Shown: piece by piece, positions 1-64,000 of the stretch
How positions within the stretch are numbered: position 1 is the stretch's first letter
How the letters are laid out: every line of letters begins with the position of its first letter
Assembly (NCBI GenBank): GCA_951406725.2
Contig: OX597814.1
Coordinates: 88,908,001-88,972,000, forward strand
Direction: 5' to 3'
DNA length: 64,000 nucleotides
Source of the DNA: Octopus vulgaris
Lineage: Eukaryota
The notes under the pieces: model-generated
The model's database searches: none
Told to the model about the DNA's origin: nothing
The model's input: the letters and a program-made list of their open reading frames with translations, nothing else
Position numbers and translations under genes: made by a program

Positions 1-373
1 GCCACACTAGCAGGAGAACCCAGTTATGGCTGTGAGACAATCTCTGCAACCACATCACCCCTAACATCTGGCCACCTAAGACTGCAAACCCTTTGATTAT
101 TATGTGGAGAGTGCAAAGCTCCTTGTAACACCAAAGATGAACTGAAGGCAAGGATTATGGCAGCATTTATCAACTTAAACAAGAAGACTGCCCAAAAGAG
201 CTGCAGGAGATTCTGAAGTCGTCTGAAGGCCATGGTTGAAGCCAATAGCAGTTTTATTGAATAAATTTACTCTTTAGTATTCCAAGATATTATGTAATTT
301 TAGTAAAAATGAGATGTCAGTGTTATTTTCATTTCTATATAATTTAGACGACAATTCATTGGCCACACCCTTT
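1..373 (+). mobile_element. 3' end of a decayed Tc1/mariner-superfamily (maT/DD37D-like) DNA transposon
   Basis: Broken frame reads HTSRRTQ..HITPNIWPP..NPFDYY..CNTKDELKARIMAAFINLNKK..SRLKAMVEAN..FIE*. TIR-like gacgacaattcattggccacaccc at ~347-370. Confidence 0.65.
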
Positions 374-895
374 GTGCATATTTATATATATTACTAATAC
401 AGGATGAAGTTTTTTTTACATGCTTGCAATGGGTTAGACAGAATCTGTTGAGACAGATTTATTTAAGGCTGGATGTACTTCATGTTGCCAATCCTAACCA
501 ATGCAATATATATCAGTGTGGGAGGGAGGGGTTGTGTGTGTGTACAATAGAATACAAACCAAGCTTTGCAAAATATGTACTGGGGCCAATTCATTCAATC
601 AAGACCCTTCAAAGTGGTGCCCAGGCATGGCCACAAACCGATGATTGAAACAAGTAAAAGATAAAAGACAGAATATGTTTTTAAACTAAACATGTTAATT
701 CCTATGCTAGTATATTTTGTATATAAATATTTATAAATATGCATATACATATATTATATTTACAGCATACCATACAGTGTATATTTCTAAAAACTAAAAA
801 GAAATAACTTCAAGAAATACAGAATATTCTGAAAGCATTTATCTTGACCATTTTTTCTTTCTTTTTTGCATTTTTTTTTTGTTTCTTTTTCACAG

Positions 896-62894
<61,999 letters not shown>

Positions 62895-63523
62895 GTATGT
62901 GGCACTACATTACGAATAATATTTTCTTTCTTAGTTCTGTGTATTTTTATATTCCAGGCACTGATAGCATTTTTTAAAAACATTTTTATTTATCTCATTA
63001 TCTTGATCAGCATACAAGATTTTGCTACCTATAGTATAGGTTTCTGCTCCTTTGTATTTTTAATGGTGCTTGATTAATATTGCAATATATATTTTTTTGC
63101 AATAAAACAAAGGAAAGAATGTAATATTTCTTACTTAACAGTTTAAAACCGTGAACTTAGTAACTAATAATTCTAATTGATGCCGGTTTCACACCTAAAA
63201 ACTGTGGAGGGATATAAGGATAGAGGAATATGACATCTATGCTCTCTCTTGAGGCATCTTATGGAATAAAAAAAATAAGGTTTAACCCAAAGTACATTCG
63301 TGTTTCTACTTTCTACTTTCTAACTTCTGGCTGAAGCCCATATCTAAAAGTAACCTAAAAAATAAACCATCAAATAATATAGGATTTTAACAAATTGTTT
63401 CTTAGATAAGCACCTGCACTTATATATACACTTGTTCTTCATTTCAGTTTTATTAATGGCCTTATTTTTATTCAAGCAATAATAAATCTCTGATCGAAGT
63501 GTAAACAGTAGCTGCATGACAAT

Positions 63524-63753
63524 GTGAAGTATTTTTTCTACTTAAATGTGGCTAACCACTAAGGGTGGATGCTACTGTAGCTTGTAGCCCCAGGAGAACA
63601 TCTTCTCCAGCTGGCTATTGACACACTTTCTGTGCCCTATCTGTGCACAGAAAGTGTGTCAATAGCCAGCTGGAGATGTTCTCCTGGGGCTACAAGCTAC
63701 AGTAGCATCCACCCTTAGTGGTTAGCCACATTTAAGTGGAAAAAGTACTTCAC
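63524..63753. repeat. Near-perfect 230-bp palindrome (MITE-like fold-back)
   Basis: 63524-63635 pairs with 63645-63753; a single-arm fragment lies at ~60041-60093. Confidence 0.9.
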
Positions 63754-63778
63754 TTATTCTTATTGTTATTGTTATTTT

Positions 63779-63914
63779 AGTGTCCTTTGTCTGAAATCTT
63801 TTGTCACACATCCTGTGACCTCTTCAGCAACTCACCATCCCACATGTCTCTGAGATAGGCAGTCCTTGAAGAGGCCACAGGGCCTGTGATGAAAGATTCC
63901 AGACAAAGGACACT
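63779..63914. mobile_element. Small fold-back with hammerhead-like cores in both arms
   Basis: Arms 63779-63826 and 63867-63914; (c/t)TGAAGA-g-g(t/c)caca..tgtga(c/t)-(g/a)AAA-gatt(t/c)c. Confidence 0.65.
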
Positions 63915-64000
63915 GAAGTGAAGAACAAATTTATTATGTCTGTGTTGTATGTTTATTTGTCTAAATAAAAAAATGACCATCCTGAAATATAACAATTTCT

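Overview
AT-rich, repeat-dense eukaryotic DNA. The SINE and microsatellite landscape resembles a coleoid cephalopod (octopus-like); this is inference. The whole window lies inside one + strand multi-exon gene. I traced 28 GT-AG exons (896..62894) whose phases join into one open frame of 4956 nt (1652 codons), with no start or stop codon in the window. The exons form seven tandem, highly diverged 4-exon modules (221-246 aa, phase cycle 2-1/1-0/0-0/0-2). Each module has a conserved Cys pair, and the protein has many N-glycosylation sequons, suggesting a giant secreted or extracellular repeat region; an ABCA-type ectodomain is a hypothesis only. The introns hold a full-length decayed mariner, a rearranged second mariner, a maT/Tc1-like 3' end, a near full-length HERO-like RLE retrotransposon inside a (TA)n tract, two non-autonomous Helitron-like elements, LINE fragments and many tRNA-derived SINEs. 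They also hold many fold-back elements. At least four unrelated ones carry a decayed Penelope-type hammerhead ribozyme core in both arms. Most ORFs in the supplied track are microsatellite or SINE artefacts.
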